In this document: positions 62,016-64,000 of the stretch, in pieces
Layout: every line of letters starts with the position of its first letter
Position numbering within the stretch: position 1 is the first letter of the stretch
Assembly (NCBI GenBank): GCA_050248995.1
Contig: JBFWRI010000009.1
Coordinates: 746 to 64,745 of the forward strand
Source: Bdellovibrionales bacterium
GTDB taxonomy: Bacteria; Pseudomonadota; Alphaproteobacteria; JAIXQD01
Length of the DNA: 64,000 nt
Reading direction: 5' to 3'
Position numbers and translations under genes: made by a program
Notes under the pieces: generated by a model
Told to the model about the DNA's origin: nothing
Seen by the model: only the letters and a program-made list of their open reading frames with translations
The model's database searches: none

Positions 62016-62029
62016 TCTACTCTCCCCCA

Positions 62030-64000
62030 CTATTCAGCTGCGGCGCTCGGCAGAGCCGGCGTCGGTTGATCGTCATTCGCGCCAATGGCTGTCGGGCTGG
62101 CACTTTCCAGCTCGACGTTCAGGCCCAGTGAACGCATTTCCTTGACCAACACGTTGAACGATTCCGGGATACCGGCTTCGAAGTTGTCGTCGCCACGGAT
62201 AATGGCTTCGTACACCTTCGTACGGCCCGAAACGTCGTCCGACTTCACGGTCAACATTTCCTGCAGGGTATAGGCAGCGCCGTAGGCTTGGAGAGCCCAG
62301 ACTTCCATTTCCCCGAAGCGCTGGCCACCGAACTGCGCCTTACCACCCAGCGGCTGCTGCGTGACAAGCGAGTATGGACCGATCGAACGCGCGTGGATCT
62401 TGTCGTCAACCAGGTGGTGCAGCTTCAGCACGTACATGTAGCCGACGGTTACCTTACGGTCGAACTGTTCGCCGGTACGACCGTCAATCAGCGTGACTTG
62501 GCCAGATTTATCGACGCCAGCGGCTTCGAGCATCCGGTTGATGTCCGCCTCATGCGCACCGTCAAACACCGGTGTTGCAAACGGGATTCCCGACTCAAGG
62601 TTCTTGGCGAGCTCCAGTAGCTGTTCTTCAGAAAGCGGCGCAATGTCGCGCTTATAGACGTCTTCACCATAGCACTCCTTCAGCTTGTCCTTGATATCGG
62701 CAATCGCCTTCTTCTTCTCAATCTGCATCTGTTCAACCAGTTGGCCGATTTGGCGACCGAGGTTGGCCGATGCCCAGCCAAGGTGCGTTTCAAGAATCTG
62801 ACCGACGTTCATGCGCGAAGGCACGCCCAGCGGGTTCAGCACGATATCGACTGGCGTACCATCTTCAAGATACGGCATGTCTTCAATCGGGTTGACCTTC
62901 GACACGACACCCTTGTTGCCGTGACGGCCGGCCATCTTGTCGCCCGGTTGCAGCTTGCGCTTCGTCGCGATGAAGACTTTTACCATCTTCATGACGCCCG
63001 GTGACAGTTCGTCACCGCGCTGCAGCTTTTGCACCTTGTCGTCGAAACGGCGGTTCAGCGCTTCCACAGCGTCATCAAACACCTTGCTGTAACCTTCGAT
63101 GTCTTCAGCCACCTTGTCGTTCTTCACGCTGATCTGGCGCCACTGGCCCGGCTTGTATTCGGCCAGCATGGCTTCCGTGATCTTCTTGCCCGTCGCAAAG
63201 CCCTTCGGGCCGTTGGTGGCGGTCTGATCGATCAGTAGTTCGCGCAGCTTGTCGAAGAAGCCGCGTTCCAGAATGGCGCGTTCGTCGTCGCGGTCCTTGG
63301 CCAGGCGTTCGATTTCCTGACGCTCGATCGCAATCGCACGCTCGTCCTTGTCGATGCCACGGCGTGAGAACACGCGCACTTCAACGATGGTGCCGGCAAT
63401 GCCCGGGGGCACGCGCAGCGACGTATCGCGAACATCCGAAGCCTTTTCACCGAAGATGGCGCGCAGAAGCTTTTCTTCCGGCGTCATCGGGCTTTCACCC
63501 TTCGGCGTTACCTTGCCAACAAGGATGTCGCCGGCTTCAACTTCAGCGCCGATGTAAACAATACCGGCTTCATCAAGGTTCTTCAGCGCTTCTTCACCGA
63601 CGTTCGGGATATCGCGCGTGATTTCTTCCTGACCCAGCTTGGTATCGCGGGCCATCACTTCGAATTCTTCGATATGAATTGATGTGAACACGTCTTCGCT
63701 GACGATACGTTCGCTGATCAGGATCGAATCTTCGAAGTTGTAACCGTTCCACGGCATAAACGCGCACAGCACGTTCTTGCCCAGCGCCAGTTCGCCAAGG
63801 TTGGTCGATGGGCCGTCGGCAACGATGTCGCCCTTGCGGACCATGTCGCCCACCGTCACCAGCGGACGCTGGTTGATGCAGGTGCTCTGGTTGCTGCGTT
63901 CGAACTTGCGCAGGTTGTAGATATCAACCACTGGCGCATCGCTTGAAACGTCTTCGGTTGCCTTGATAACGATACGCTCGGCATCAACCTGGTCAACGAT
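62030..64000 (-). CDS. rpoB: DNA-directed RNA polymerase subunit beta, C-terminal part (the gene continues beyond the window end)
   Basis: Conserved beta C-terminal regions ([24 protein letters not shown]-like segments, clamp/flap). The ORF stays open through position 64000. Confidence 0.97.
   Translation of the reverse strand: MVDQVDAERIVIKATEDVSSDAPVVDIYNLRKFERSNQSTCINQRPLVTVGDMVRKGDIVADGPSTNLGELALGKNVLCAFMPWNGYNFEDSILISERIVSEDVFTSIHIEEFEVMARDTKLGQEEITRDIPNVGEEALKNLDEAGIVYIGAEVEAGDILVGKVTPKGESPMTPEEKLLRAIFGEKASDVRDTSLRVPPGIAGTIVEVRVFSRRGIDKDERAIAIERQEIERLAKDRDDERAILERGFFDKLRELLIDQTATNGPKGFATGKKITEAMLAEYKPGQWRQISVKNDKVAEDIEGYSKVFDDAVEALNRRFDDKVQKLQRGDELSPGVMKMVKVFIATKRKLQPGDKMAGRHGNKGVVSKVNPIEDMPYLEDGTPVDIVLNPLGVPSRMNVGQILETHLGWASANLGRQIGQLVEQMQIEKKKAIADIKDKLKECYGEDVYKRDIAPLSEEQLLELAKNLESGIPFATPVFDGAHEADINRMLEAAGVDKSGQVTLIDGRTGEQFDRKVTVGYMYVLKLHHLVDDKIHARSIGPYSLVTQQPLGGKAQFGGQRFGEMEVWALQAYGAAYTLQEMLTVKSDDVSGRTKVYEAIIRGDDNFEAGIPESFNVLVKEMRSLGLNVELESASPTAIGANDDQPTPALPSAAAE

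Overview
This window is about 64 kb of a high-GC alphaproteobacterial chromosome. I judged GC by eye at roughly 55-60% and did not compute it. The backbone is conserved housekeeping and cell-cycle genes. In coordinate order these are: fliJ-fliI, ctrA, a compact che operon (cheA-REC hybrid, cheW, cheY, cheB, cheR) whose first gene is chpT, nadK, parE, two MsbA-like ABC exporters, a DEAD-box helicase, lptD, a periplasmic cyclophilin, suhB-efp, a peptidoglycan-recycling locus (ampD, a yejABEF-type peptide ABC importer, ldcA, mpl), a MarR regulator, a LON-N-domain/thioredoxin (YbbN-like) pair, an ABC1/UbiB kinase with a Rieske oxygenase, gapR (DUF2312), rpoC and the 3' part of rpoB. I found no rRNA, tRNA, CRISPR array, transposase or integrase. 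Scattered through this backbone are short stretches that look lower in GC and AT-richer at third codon positions. They encode proteins that are unusual for an alphaproteobacterium: a CE-clan (Ulp1/adenain-like) cysteine protease; a tandem pair of protein-kinase-like (APH/ChoK-type) paralogs; three M48-like HExxH zincins, of which two are soluble and one looks catalytically dead; a tandem pair of uncharacterised paralogs that sits in one operon with parE and an ABC exporter; and a 65-codon ORF wedged between rpoB and rpoC with a textbook ribosome-binding site. Other notable points are a che operon apparently inserted between ctrA and chpT, perfect DnaA boxes and a CtrA box in promoter regions, and a run of four small secreted proteins downstream of rpoC where rpsL-rpsG-fusA-tuf normally sit. 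All protein calls rest on motif recognition from memory; no database search was possible.
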